This document shows, in pieces, positions 49,055 through 58,193 of a stretch of 64,000 nt of DNA (positions are counted from its first letter, which is position 1; each line of letters starts with the position of its first letter). Below the pieces are notes generated by a model that was given only the letters and a program-made list of their open reading frames with translations, did not search any database and was not told where the DNA came from. The DNA is from a bacterium (lineage in GTDB: Bacteria; Patescibacteriota; Microgenomatia; Levybacterales; UBA12049): NCBI GenBank assembly GCA_021791545.1, contig JAJYWL010000016.1, positions 9,533-73,532 on the forward strand, read 5' to 3'. The translations under genes were made by a program, and so were the position numbers.

Positions 49055-49723
49055 ATGCCTGACCTTTTCATTGCTCCCCTTAACAAACAGGAAGAGCCGA
49101 AACAATCGGACGATTTGTTAATGAGTAAATCCTCACTCCCCCTAACCGAACTCCCCAGCAATCTCCATTTGTTCAGCTCTTTTGTAGCAAACCCCAGAGG
49201 AATTCATTTTCAAAATCAGGATTCGGACGAAAAAGTACTTCTTTTCATAAAAAGGGATTTAATAACTAATATCGTATGGGTTGGTATTTCAATCTTATTT
49301 ATCTTTATTCCCATAATTATTGCTGTTGCTTCCCCGTTTATGGGAAACTTTTTGAATTTTCTTCCTGGAAGACATATTTTCTTCTATCTTCTTTTATATT
49401 ACCTTTTTGTCGGAACATATGTCTTTGTTAACTTCTTCACTTGGTATTTCAATATTGCTTTGGTAACAAATAAGAGAATTATAGATGTAGACTTCTCAAG
49501 CCTTGTATATAAAAATGTGGCCGCAACAAAACTTTCCTTGGTACAAGATGTAAGCTATGACCAAGTCGGAATAGTAAGGTCAATTTTTGATTATGGAGAT
49601 ATTTTGGTACAAACCGCAGGGACGCTAGACAACTTTCATTTTGAAGCTGCACCTTCGCCTGAAAACGCAGTCCACATAATCCAGGATCTTATTGGAAAGG
49701 AGGCCAGAAATGGACTTAGTTAA
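49055..49723 (+). CDS. Membrane protein with a bacterial PH-like (YdbT/DUF304-type) domain
   Basis: Two transmembrane helices, then NKRIIDVDFSSLVYKNVAATKLSLVQDVSYDQ.GIV..I.DYGDILVQTAG. Confidence 0.5.
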   Translation: MPDLFIAPLNKQEEPKQSDDLLMSKSSLPLTELPSNLHLFSSFVANPRGIHFQNQDSDEKVLLFIKRDLITNIVWVGISILFIFIPIIIAVASPFMGNFLNFLPGRHIFFYLLLYYLFVGTYVFVNFFTWYFNIALVTNKRIIDVDFSSLVYKNVAATKLSLVQDVSYDQVGIVRSIFDYGDILVQTAGTLDNFHFEAAPSPENAVHIIQDLIGKEARNGLS

Positions 49724-49934
49724 TCAAATACTAAATTCATTCATTCTTTTTAAAGCAGCCTTTTTAATACTTAATCTCATTCTAATAGTCTTTCTTCTGG
49801 TCGTACTTCAACAGGTCTTTGCCATGAGCTCGGTAATAACGGACGCTTTTGATTCGGGAATCATAAGAACAGTTGCAATTGCTCTTTTAGTAATATCTGT
49901 TTCGCTTTTTTTGACAGCTCTTGTTATACTATAG
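49692..49934 (+). CDS. Small two-helix membrane protein
   Basis: 80-aa ORF that overlaps the upstream gene's end. The likely start is MDLVNQ. Confidence 0.4.
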   Translation: MERRPEMDLVNQILNSFILFKAAFLILNLILIVFLLVVLQQVFAMSSVITDAFDSGIIRTVAIALLVISVSLFLTALVIL

Positions 49935-49937
49935 AAA

Positions 49938-51719
49938 ATGGCTGAAACGAACTTAAATTTTGCCAAAATCGTTGCCAACCCCAATGTCTATTCCTGGTCT
50001 CAAGCATATAACGCAGGAAAGCTATTTTCAGTACTTTCGCTTGAGAAATTTGATCAGACAGGCGAAGAAAAGGATTTCTTAGGTGTCTTAGGAAAAGAAA
50101 TCTTTAACACTCTTGAACAGGAATTCTTTACTCTGGAATCAAAAAATCTCGAATCAATAAAAAGTGCCATAAAAACTACTGCGGAAAAAATCCCGGACGG
50201 AGTTAATTGTTCTTTTGTAATAGGATATATTGCCGGAAACATCCTCTACATATTCATCTTGGGAAACGGAAAAGTAGATATCAAAAGAAACGATAAATTG
50301 GGAAACCTCCTCTCCTCCAAAGACAGCAGCAAAGAAAACATAAAAGCTTCCTCAGGATATCTTGAAGAAGGAGATTATATTTTCCTTGAAACGGACCAAT
50401 TCGCAAATATAATTTCTGCGGAAACCCTATCCTCCCACCTTGAGAACAAAAAACCCGAAGAGGTATCGGAAGAGATTGCTCCAATACTTCATGAAAGAGA
50501 AGAAGCTGCGGCAGCAGCCATAATCTTGGAATATAAAGGAGAAGAAAAACCTTCAATCCTTACCGCTCCCATCGAAGAACTGGAAAAACAAGCAGAAAAC
50601 CCCTTCGGAATAGAAAGTTCTCAAGAAAAATCTTCCTCAAAATTCTTGGATTCTGCTAAAACTTTTGCCCTGGGTCTTATATCTAAAATTAAGACTCCAT
50701 CTATTAAGGGCTTCAGTTTCTCGGGCGGCAGAAAAATAATTTTAATAGCTGCAGTCATAATTGTCGCAGTTTTTGTATTCAGCATCTATAAAGGACTTCA
50801 AAAACAACAAAACGATAAATATGAAGCGACTTTCCAGGCTTTTTATCCTCAGGCTCAGAAAAAATATGACGAAGGACAAAGTTTAATGGATCTAAACCAA
50901 AGTTTGGCAAAAGACAGTTTCCAGCAGGCGCAAAAAATCCTCAACGACAATAAAGACAAGTTCCCCGCAAAATCTTCTCAGGAAAAACAGATTCAGGATC
51001 TTCTTTCAAAAGTAAACTCTGCCTTAGGCGGAAGCGGAACTAGCAATCAATCAAATCAGGTAACCCCTGAAGAAGTAGATTCAAGCGTAAGTCCTATTCT
51101 GGCAACAGAGATCAAATATAACTCTTCTTCATACTTTACACAGGACGATCAAAATATATACTTCATAGATTCTGCAGGAATTGAATCTGTAAGTAAACAA
51201 GGAGGAACCAAAAAGAAAATAATAGACTCAAGTGAACTTCCGAAGAATGTAGGCGGCCTTTCTGTATACTACGGCAATTTCTATGTAGTAGATAAAGACG
51301 CAAACCAAATAACCAAATTTATTGCGGCAACCGACGGCTTTGGAAAAACCGACTACCTTAAAGGGACAAACAACATTTCAAACTCGATTTCGATAGCAAT
51401 CGACAGCGACTTATGGCTTCTCCAAAAATCCGGCTCACTTTTACAATTTACCAAAGGAAATAATGATAACTTAAATGTATCCGGGCTTTCCACTCCTCTT
51501 TCATCCCCAACCAGAGTATCTACGACACTAGGAGAAAATAATGTATATATATTGGACAATGGAAATTCAAGAATGGTAGTCTTGGATAAAAAAGGAAACT
51601 TTGTTAATCAGTATCAAGCAGAAATATTAAAACAAGCTAAAGACTTTGAAGTATCGGAAGCAAGTAAAAGAGCTTTTGTTCTCTCCGGAGGAAAAGTCTA
51701 CCAGATAAACCTTAAGTAA
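49938..51719 (+). CDS. Hypothetical bitopic protein with a cytoplasmic N-domain, one transmembrane helix and an extracytoplasmic repeat (beta-propeller-like) C-domain
   Basis: Transmembrane helix KIILIAAVIIVAVFVFSIY at mid-protein. The C-terminal repeats are NIYFIDSAG, FYVVDKDANQITKF and NVYILDNGNSRMVVLDKKGNF. Confidence 0.45.
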   Translation: MAETNLNFAKIVANPNVYSWSQAYNAGKLFSVLSLEKFDQTGEEKDFLGVLGKEIFNTLEQEFFTLESKNLESIKSAIKTTAEKIPDGVNCSFVIGYIAGNILYIFILGNGKVDIKRNDKLGNLLSSKDSSKENIKASSGYLEEGDYIFLETDQFANIISAETLSSHLENKKPEEVSEEIAPILHEREEAAAAAIILEYKGEEKPSILTAPIEELEKQAENPFGIESSQEKSSSKFLDSAKTFALGLISKIKTPSIKGFSFSGGRKIILIAAVIIVAVFVFSIYKGLQKQQNDKYEATFQAFYPQAQKKYDEGQSLMDLNQSLAKDSFQQAQKILNDNKDKFPAKSSQEKQIQDLLSKVNSALGGSGTSNQSNQVTPEEVDSSVSPILATEIKYNSSSYFTQDDQNIYFIDSAGIESVSKQGGTKKKIIDSSELPKNVGGLSVYYGNFYVVDKDANQITKFIAATDGFGKTDYLKGTNNISNSISIAIDSDLWLLQKSGSLLQFTKGNNDNLNVSGLSTPLSSPTRVSTTLGENNVYILDNGNSRMVVLDKKGNFVNQYQAEILKQAKDFEVSEASKRAFVLSGGKVYQINLK

Positions 51720-52176
51720 GCTCCTCTGCGTTATGCACCGGATTTCTTAGTGCCTTATCCATCGCTTCTCTTTGTATGTCTCTGTTAACAACCCATTCGT
51801 CTCTTTTGAGAATAGTCCCTGACCCCATAGGATCTCCCCCTATGATTATTGTCCCGTCAGAAAAGGCCTGAATAACAATTGCATGAAAAAAACAAGGTTC
51901 TGTTGAACTAGTTTCGGGAAAAATATAATGTTTTACGATACTCCCATCGTCTTCTAGCCTTGTTCTTTCTTCAAAAGATCCTCTCTCCTCTTCTCCTAAT
52001 TCTTCCTTCATTTTTTCAAAATATCCTGGAAAGTCTGTGGCAGAAAGCATTAATTTAGATGAATTATGTTTTTGCTCTATTTCCGAAGAAAATCTGTGCT
52101 TTTCAACAAAAAGGTTCAAAGAGAAATGATAGGGGTCTTCTGGCATTCCTCTCTCAATGTCGAATTCGAGGCTCAT
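51712..52176 (-). CDS. Hypothetical protein
   Basis: 154-aa ORF convergent with the previous gene, overlapping it by 8 nt. Confidence 0.35.
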   Translation of the reverse strand: MSLEFDIERGMPEDPYHFSLNLFVEKHRFSSEIEQKHNSSKLMLSATDFPGYFEKMKEELGEEERGSFEERTRLEDDGSIVKHYIFPETSSTEPCFFHAIVIQAFSDGTIIIGGDPMGSGTILKRDEWVVNRDIQREAMDKALRNPVHNAEELT

Positions 52177-52225
52177 TTAAATCGATTATAGTCAGATTTA
52201 CATTTAAAAACAATTAAAGTATTAT

Positions 52226-52669
52226 GTGTTTATGAAAATCACTAATAAAAGAGCATTTTTTGATTATCAGATAACGGAAAAGTTTGAGGCGGGAATCAAC
52301 CTTTACGGATATGAGGTTAAATCCTTAAAGCTTGGACATGCGGACCTTACGGGGTCGTATGTCAAGATTTCGGGAAGCGAGGCTTATCTTATTAACGCCA
52401 AAATCTTCCCTTATGCAGCGGCAAATATTTCTGAATATGACCAGAGAAGAACAAGGAAACTCCTTCTTCATAAAGCCGAACTTATTTCCTTAAAAAATAA
52501 GATTGAGGGGTCTAATAACATGGCTCTTGTACCCATATCTTTCTATACAAAACATAACCTCATAAAAGTAGAAATTGGCCTTGGAAAAGGTAAAAGAAAA
52601 TTCGAGAAAAAAGAGAATATCAAGAAGAAAGATATAGAAAGACAAATTGAACAAGAATTGCAGAGTTAG
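52226..52669 (+). CDS. smpB: SsrA-binding protein SmpB
   Basis: NKRAFFDYQI, GYEVKSL and a Lys-rich C-terminal tail. Confidence 0.85.
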   Translation: MFMKITNKRAFFDYQITEKFEAGINLYGYEVKSLKLGHADLTGSYVKISGSEAYLINAKIFPYAAANISEYDQRRTRKLLLHKAELISLKNKIEGSNNMALVPISFYTKHNLIKVEIGLGKGKRKFEKKENIKKKDIERQIEQELQS

Positions 52670-52680
52670 CTTCAAAAAAT

Positions 52681-52708
52681 TGACTTTTGGCATTAAATTT
52701 GGTATACT
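52681..52708 (+). promoter_or_regulatory. Candidate sigma70 promoter of the tmRNA
   Basis: TTGACT, a 17-nt spacer, then TATACT, ending 11 nt before the GGGG 5' end. Confidence 0.45.
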
Positions 52709-52719
52709 CTCAGGCAATT

Positions 52720-53080
52720 GGGGATGCATTGCATCGACAAGAAAGCACATTAAAAAATAGCAAGCAGGCTTCGATTAATAGCCTTAAAACAGAATCAAAA
52801 AATAAATGCTAATCGTAATGATTATGCGTTTGCAAGAATTTACGCTTAAGTAAGTTTTTTCAAACTGTTCTTTACACCTTCTCTCAGTGAGATGTTTAGA
52901 GCATAAACTTAGCTGAGAAATTAATAAGGATTTGGTTAGGCCTTATCGAATTTATCAACCTCCGGCTTTGTTCCTTTCTATTTCAATCGAGAAGAACAGG
53001 GCGACATTAAAGATTGAATAAGCTTGTAGAAGTTTTTTAATAAGATTTCTTGGACTCGGAGTCACTCTCCGACATCTCCA
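52720..53080 (+). ncRNA. ssrA: tmRNA (SsrA)
   Basis: 5' end GGGGATGCATTGCATCGACAAG (GGGG...TCGAC). The 3' tRNA-like end is TCGGAGTCACTCTCCGA (T-arm) followed by CATCTCC, which pairs with the 5' GGGGATG. It lies adjacent to smpB. A candidate tag ORF reads ...ANRNDYAFARIYA* at about 52808-52849. A promoter lies upstream and a terminator downstream. Confidence 0.6.
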
Positions 53081-53082
53081 CA

Positions 53083-53111
53083 AATAAAACCCGCTTTAAT
53101 CGGCGGGTTTT
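53083..53111 (+). terminator. Rho-independent terminator after the tmRNA
   Basis: AAAACCCGCTTTAATCGGCGGGTTTTTTAA. The stem CCCGC/GCGGG is followed by a T-run. Confidence 0.6.
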
Positions 53112-53747
53112 TTAATGCTCTTTCCTAGTCAAAACAATGCCCACTACCCTTTTTACCCTATTTCTTTTTAAAACTTTTGTCGCTTCTAAAAGAGTTGAGC
53201 CCGACACCCAAACATCATCCACCAGAAAAATGTTCTTATAATAAATATCCTTCTTAATCACAAATTTATCGTTCGCTCCCCTTTCTAGAATATCTGCCTC
53301 TCTGATCCCAAGTTTTTTAGAAAGTTCTTTTGCCAGAAGTTGTGATTGATTGTATCCTCTTTTCCTAAAGCTTTGCCTAAAAAGAGGAACAGGAACAAGA
53401 ATCCATTCCTTACTTAATTCTTTCTCAAACTGTTCGTTTTGAATCAAACTCTCATACATTAACTCGGAGAGAATACCCTTTAGATCTGAAATATAAGGCT
53501 TTTTCTTAAAACTTAAAACAAGCTTCCTGACCACTCTGTTATAAGCTACGGCCGAAAAACATCCGTCTATTGTAAATTTTCTCTTGCATAAAGGATGAGT
53601 AAGTCCGTTAAAAGAAGGCTTTTTGCAGACAAGACAGAAATTTTTAACGTCAAAAGAAAGAAAGGAAAAACATGTCGGGCAAAGGTAAGAACCGAAGCTC
53701 CCGCAAAAAACGCATCTTTTGGGAAATATCCAGTCCAGGATATCCAT
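53112..53747 (-). CDS. comFC: ComF-family protein (phosphoribosyltransferase-like, competence-associated)
   Basis: N-terminal zinc-finger Cys pairs (CVFCGS...CPTC...CLVCK...C) and a C-terminal PRTase motif IFLVDDVWVSGSTL. The start is set at MDIL (53747) because the ORF-track extension overlaps tRNA-Ser. Confidence 0.7.
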   Translation of the reverse strand: MDILDWIFPKRCVFCGSFGSYLCPTCFSFLSFDVKNFCLVCKKPSFNGLTHPLCKRKFTIDGCFSAVAYNRVVRKLVLSFKKKPYISDLKGILSELMYESLIQNEQFEKELSKEWILVPVPLFRQSFRKRGYNQSQLLAKELSKKLGIREADILERGANDKFVIKKDIYYKNIFLVDDVWVSGSTLLEATKVLKRNRVKRVVGIVLTRKEH

Positions 53748-53748
53748 T

Positions 53749-53840
53749 TGGCGGAGGAGGTGGGATTCGAACCCACGCGAGCCTATTCGACTCAAGGGTT
53801 TAGCAAACCCTCGCAATGGACCATGCTATGCGACTCCTCC
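53749..53840 (-). tRNA. tRNA-Ser(GCT), CCA encoded
   Basis: The reverse complement is GGAGGAGTCGCATAGCATGGTCC...AGGGTTTGCTAAACCCT...GGGTTCGAATCCCACCTCCTCCGCCA. It has a long variable arm and an anticodon loop TTGCTAA. Confidence 0.8.
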
Positions 53841-53889
53841 AGTAAAAAGCATTATAGCCCAAAAAACTGATATAATCTAGTTTGTAGAA

Positions 53890-55680
53890 ATGAGATCAAA
53901 ATACATAAACCTAATCGATACTTTTAAAGTTCCCCTTATAATCTTTCTGGGAATAATCATATATATAGCTTTGGAACTATTGAAACTTCCCCTTCCCGCC
54001 GCGATTGTTGCCGTAACTATCACTCTTTTGGGAAGCTTTAGACTTTTTAAGGAAAGTATCGAAGGATTATTAAAAAAAGACTTTGCCCTTGATTACATAG
54101 CAATTCTTGCAATAGTAGTTTCCCTCATAACAAGAGAATATCTCGTAGCTTCTATTTTAGCCCTTATGATCGAAAGCGGACGAACTCTTGAGGATTACGG
54201 AGTTGCCCAAGCCAAAAAATCTCTTACCAAGCTTGCCGAAAGAATTCCTGATCAGGTAGTCCTATGGGAAAACAAAAAGGCAGGAGCAAAAATAAGCATT
54301 GGCAAGGTTAAAAAAGGAGACATGATCCTTATCCGAAGAGGAGAAGTAATAGGATTAGACGGAATATTGGAATCAGAAGCAGGATTTACGGATGAATCGT
54401 CGCTAACAGGAGAACCCTATACCGTAGAAAAAATAAAAGGAGACCCAATTAGGTCCGGAACAGTAAATGTGGGAGACCCCATTATTATAAAAGTAACAAA
54501 AGTACAAGATGACTCTACATATAAAAAAATAGTTGATCTAGTAAAAAAAGCCCAAGACGAAAAATCCCCTATGGTAAGAATGGCCGATAAATATAGTGGA
54601 GTCTTTACTATAGTGACCTTAGGAATAACAGGATTTGCTTACTTTTTATCAGGTTTTAACCTTGAAAGAGCTCTATCTGTTCTTGTTATAGCAACACCCT
54701 GCCCTCTCATAATCGCAACCCCTATTGCACTTTTAGGAGGAGTTAATTCTGCTTCAAAAAGAAATATTATTGTAAAAAAACTTGCAAGTATAGAAGTTTT
54801 GTCTAGAGCAAAAGCCCTAATCTTTGATAAAACTGGCACTATTACTTTAGGAAAACCAAAAGTAACTGAGTTTGTAAATGAAAGCGACATCAAGGACTCC
54901 GAACTATTAGCAGCATCAGAAGCAATTGAGAGAAATTCTCTTCACCCTTTGGCAAAAGCCATAGTCGACTTTGCAAAAGAAAAGGCAGCAAAGACACTAC
55001 ATGCAGAAAATATAGAAGAAAAGATAGGCCAAGGAATTTCAGGAGTGGTTGACGGAAAAAAGTATAGACTATCAAGACTTGAATCAAAAGAGGGAATGTC
55101 TATAGGAATCTATGACGACGGAAAGCTTTTAGCATTCTTTAGATTTGAAGATGAGATAAAAGAAGAATCAAAAAGCACTATAGAAATACTAAAACAAAGC
55201 GGATTTGAGCTTTTTATTTTTACTGGAGATAAGAAAGAAGCTGCAGAAAAACTCGTGAAAAACCTTAATCTTGACGTACAAATCAAGGCTGAATGCACTC
55301 CTGAGGATAAGCAAGAAGGGATAGAAAAACTTAAAAAAAGCGGAAAAATTACAGCTATGGTAGGAGACGGAATAAACGACGCTCCAGCCCTAGCACTTGC
55401 AGACGTAGGAATGGTTTTCTCAAACGAAGAACAGACAGCAGCCTCAGAAGCAGCAGACATTGTATTCCTTGGGGGAAATTTTTCTCATGTAGTTGAATCA
55501 TTAAACATCGCTAAAAGAACAATAAACATTGCAAAACAAAGTATTTTTGTAGGAATAGGAGTAAGTATCGTGGGAATGGTTTTTGCCTCAGTAGGGCTAA
55601 TTCCTCCTATAGGTGGAGCTTTTATTCAGGAAGCAATAGATGTAGCAGTAATAATAAATGCACTTAGAACAAGTAGGTAA
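53890..55680 (+). CDS. P-type ATPase, P1B-like (CPC motif) cation transporter lacking an N-terminal metal-binding domain
   Basis: DKTGTIT phosphorylation site, TGDK and GDGINDAPALA motifs, and the transmembrane motif ATPCPLIIATP. It is only 596 aa. Confidence 0.75.
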   Translation: MRSKYINLIDTFKVPLIIFLGIIIYIALELLKLPLPAAIVAVTITLLGSFRLFKESIEGLLKKDFALDYIAILAIVVSLITREYLVASILALMIESGRTLEDYGVAQAKKSLTKLAERIPDQVVLWENKKAGAKISIGKVKKGDMILIRRGEVIGLDGILESEAGFTDESSLTGEPYTVEKIKGDPIRSGTVNVGDPIIIKVTKVQDDSTYKKIVDLVKKAQDEKSPMVRMADKYSGVFTIVTLGITGFAYFLSGFNLERALSVLVIATPCPLIIATPIALLGGVNSASKRNIIVKKLASIEVLSRAKALIFDKTGTITLGKPKVTEFVNESDIKDSELLAASEAIERNSLHPLAKAIVDFAKEKAAKTLHAENIEEKIGQGISGVVDGKKYRLSRLESKEGMSIGIYDDGKLLAFFRFEDEIKEESKSTIEILKQSGFELFIFTGDKKEAAEKLVKNLNLDVQIKAECTPEDKQEGIEKLKKSGKITAMVGDGINDAPALALADVGMVFSNEEQTAASEAADIVFLGGNFSHVVESLNIAKRTINIAKQSIFVGIGVSIVGMVFASVGLIPPIGGAFIQEAIDVAVIINALRTSR

Positions 55681-55681
55681 A

Positions 55682-56341
55682 TTATCTTCCTCCCACTAAC
55701 CTTAAAAAGACTATTAGAGCAATATCCATTAAAAGAGGCATTAGAAGAAATAAATCTCCTTTTTTAAAAATTTCCTGTGCATTTTGAGAGGAAAATAAAT
55801 TTCCTAGATATGTAAGTATTGATGGATTAAAAAACAATATTACTAGGAAGATAAGGATAAGAGCGACAAATAATGTAAATGTTCCTTCTATATCTTTTTT
55901 ACTTGAAAACATAGTATTCCCTACCTCTAAAATTACAAAAAAAGAAATTAAATATGCTAGAAAACTATTAAAACTGTTATTTTGAATGTAATAGATTGTT
56001 CCAAAAACAATAACAGAACCAATAATTACAGGAGCAACGCCAATTAATGCCATTCTTATAAAATCAGTCCTTTCTGTTTGGACACTTCCCAACCTCAATC
56101 CTCCATCTACGGTTTTGGGTAAAATATCTATATCTCCAGTTTTTACGAATAAAACTCCTGCTGTAAGAAAATGAGATAGTTCATGAACTATGACTCCGGG
56201 AAGAAAAAATAGGGAAATAAGATAAATTGAAACTTTGGTACTTTTTGTTGCCTTCAAAAATACTTTCATTAATGATCTTGATAAAAGTTTTGCTAGGAAA
56301 AAAAGAAGAATAAATTCAAAAATAAATAAAAGAGGAAACAT
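55682..56341 (-). CDS. Polytopic membrane protein with an HExxH motif (putative intramembrane zinc metalloprotease)
   Basis: VIVHELSHFLTAG lies within a transmembrane helix. About six hydrophobic segments. Confidence 0.45.
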   Translation of the reverse strand: MFPLLFIFEFILLFFLAKLLSRSLMKVFLKATKSTKVSIYLISLFFLPGVIVHELSHFLTAGVLFVKTGDIDILPKTVDGGLRLGSVQTERTDFIRMALIGVAPVIIGSVIVFGTIYYIQNNSFNSFLAYLISFFVILEVGNTMFSSKKDIEGTFTLFVALILIFLVILFFNPSILTYLGNLFSSQNAQEIFKKGDLFLLMPLLMDIALIVFLRLVGGR

Positions 56342-56426
56342 TATTTAAATTCTATCCTTAAAATGTTAGTTAAACAAGTTTTTAAAGTGGCGAATAATCT
56401 TAATTTAAGGTAAAATACAAGCACAC

Positions 56427-56516
<90 letters not shown>

Positions 56517-56561
56517 CTATCAAAGTTGACTTTAAAAGCTCTCATAATATAAAGTTAAAGT

Positions 56562-57092
56562 ATGCCCGCCAAAGGAAGTAAAAGAGAAGAAAAAACAGAA
56601 AATCATCAATATACAAGTACTTTAATTGAATGGAATGCCCCTGGAAGACCTTTTAAAAAGAGGACGAGTCAATTTTATCTAACAGGGCTTCTACTCATGC
56701 TTCTTATAGAAATAATTCTCTTTTTATTTTCCCAGTATATTTTAATGCTCTTGGTATTATCCCTTGTATTTGTAGCTTTTTCTTTAGAAACTGTTCCTCC
56801 TAAAAATTTTTACTACAGAATAAGCACAGAAGGAATTATGGTAGAAGACAGATTTTTGATTTGGGATGAACTTTATGATTTTTATTTTAAAAAAGAGTCT
56901 GGAATAGAAGTCCTTCATGTTGGCACTAAAGCTTTTCTCCCCGGTGAACTTAGCTTAACCTTAAATGAGGAAGACAAGGAGATAATAAAGGAAATCTTAA
57001 TAAATTATCTACCATTCAGAGAATATATAAAACCTACATTCACAGAGAAAGCCGGGGCTTGGCTAGCTAAAAATTTTCCTCTTGAGAAATAA
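56562..57092 (+). CDS. Hypothetical membrane protein
   Basis: 176 aa with two hydrophobic helices after a basic N-terminus. Its stop codon abuts tRNA-Ser(GGA). Confidence 0.45.
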   Translation: MPAKGSKREEKTENHQYTSTLIEWNAPGRPFKKRTSQFYLTGLLLMLLIEIILFLFSQYILMLLVLSLVFVAFSLETVPPKNFYYRISTEGIMVEDRFLIWDELYDFYFKKESGIEVLHVGTKAFLPGELSLTLNEEDKEIIKEILINYLPFREYIKPTFTEKAGAWLAKNFPLEK

Positions 57093-57094
57093 TG

Positions 57095-57181
57095 CGGAGG
57101 GAGGGAGATTCGAACTCCCGGTTGCCTTTCGACAACATTCGCTTTCCAAGCGAACGCACTAGACCACTATGCGACCCCTCC
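57095..57181 (-). tRNA. tRNA-Ser(GGA)
   Basis: The reverse complement is GGAGGGGTCGCATAGTGGTCTAGTGCGTTCGCTTGGAAAGCGAA...GGGAGTTCGAATCTCCCTCCCTCCG. The anticodon loop is TTGGAAA, with a long variable arm. Confidence 0.75.
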
Positions 57182-57192
57182 AGAAGGCTTAA

Positions 57193-57621
57193 TTATACAA
57201 TATCTAACACTATTTTTTCTGCTTCTTCCCAAGCTTTTTTATCAGATTTGTAAGTTATCCTATCCATTACCTTTTCCATTTCTAACCATTCTACGTTTTC
57301 CATTTCCCAATCATGCTTTGTTATATCTCCACCTAATTCTTCCATTACAAAATAATAAACAGTCTTTTTAATTCTTTCCCCATCCATTGCATACCAATAT
57401 TGAATTGGTTCAATTGGTCTTAAGATTTTACCCTTAACTCCCGTTTCTTCTTCTACTTCTCTAACAGCAGTGTCTTCTTTTTTCTCTCCCTTTATATGAT
57501 CACCTATCCTTCCTTTAGGAAAAACCCAACCATGGTGTCCAGAATGCTGAGAAACAAGAATCATAATCTTTTCTTTTTCTTTTTTAAAAACTATTCCACC
57601 TGCTGAAAATTCAAATTTCAT
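57193..57621 (-). CDS. NUDIX hydrolase
   Basis: Nudix box GEKKEDTAVREVEEETGV. Confidence 0.75.
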   Translation of the reverse strand: MKFEFSAGGIVFKKEKEKIMILVSQHSGHHGWVFPKGRIGDHIKGEKKEDTAVREVEEETGVKGKILRPIEPIQYWYAMDGERIKKTVYYFVMEELGGDITKHDWEMENVEWLEMEKVMDRITYKSDKKAWEEAEKIVLDIV

Positions 57622-58083
57622 TTATTTTCCTTTCAAAAATGTTTGTTTTTTAATATAAAATTTCTTCTTTAAGTAATTTTCTAAAACTCCAAAGCTTGGA
57701 AAATATCTTGGGTGTGGAAGTTTATCAAGACTAAACCATTCCCATTCAGTAATTTCATCTGGCTCCATTACTTTTTCCTCACCTTTCCATTTCTTTGCAG
57801 TCATACCTACTGTTACGAAGTGAGCAAACTCATTCTTAAAATTATGTACAGAAATAACTTTAGGATCAATTATAGTAATTCCCGTTTCCTCTTTTACTTC
57901 TCTTATTGCTCCTTCTTCTAAAGTTTCTCCAAAATCAAGCTTACCGCCTGGTAAACACCATTCTCCTGAACTTCTAAATGAAGAATCAGCTTTATCAGGA
58001 TCAGGATGTCGTCTCCCAAGCAAAACTTTCCCGTTCTTTATTAAAATGACTCCTATTCCTGCACCTACTTTTTTCTTATCCAT
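57622..58083 (-). CDS. NUDIX hydrolase, tandem paralog
   Basis: Nudix box GETLEEGAIREVKEETGI. Confidence 0.75.
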   Translation of the reverse strand: MDKKKVGAGIGVILIKNGKVLLGRRHPDPDKADSSFRSSGEWCLPGGKLDFGETLEEGAIREVKEETGITIIDPKVISVHNFKNEFAHFVTVGMTAKKWKGEEKVMEPDEITEWEWFSLDKLPHPRYFPSFGVLENYLKKKFYIKKQTFLKGK

Positions 58084-58101
58084 ATTTTACTTCCTTATGT
58101 G

Positions 58102-58188
58102 CGGAGAGGGTGAGATTTGAACTCACGGTTGCCTTTCGACAACAGCGGTTTTCGAAACCGCCGCACTAGGCCACTATGCGACCTCTCC
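58102..58188 (-). tRNA. tRNA-Ser(CGA)
   Basis: The reverse complement is GGAGAGGTCGCATAGTGGCCTAGTGCGGCGGTTTCGAAAACCGC...GTGAGTTCAAATCTCACCCTCTCCG. The anticodon loop is TTCGAAA, with a long variable arm. Confidence 0.75.
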
Positions 58189-58193
58189 GTTTG

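Noticed and set aside
52490-52750. 86-aa minus-strand ORF spanning the smpB 3' end and the tmRNA 5' region.
   Set aside because: It overlaps SmpB and the tmRNA, which are both well supported.
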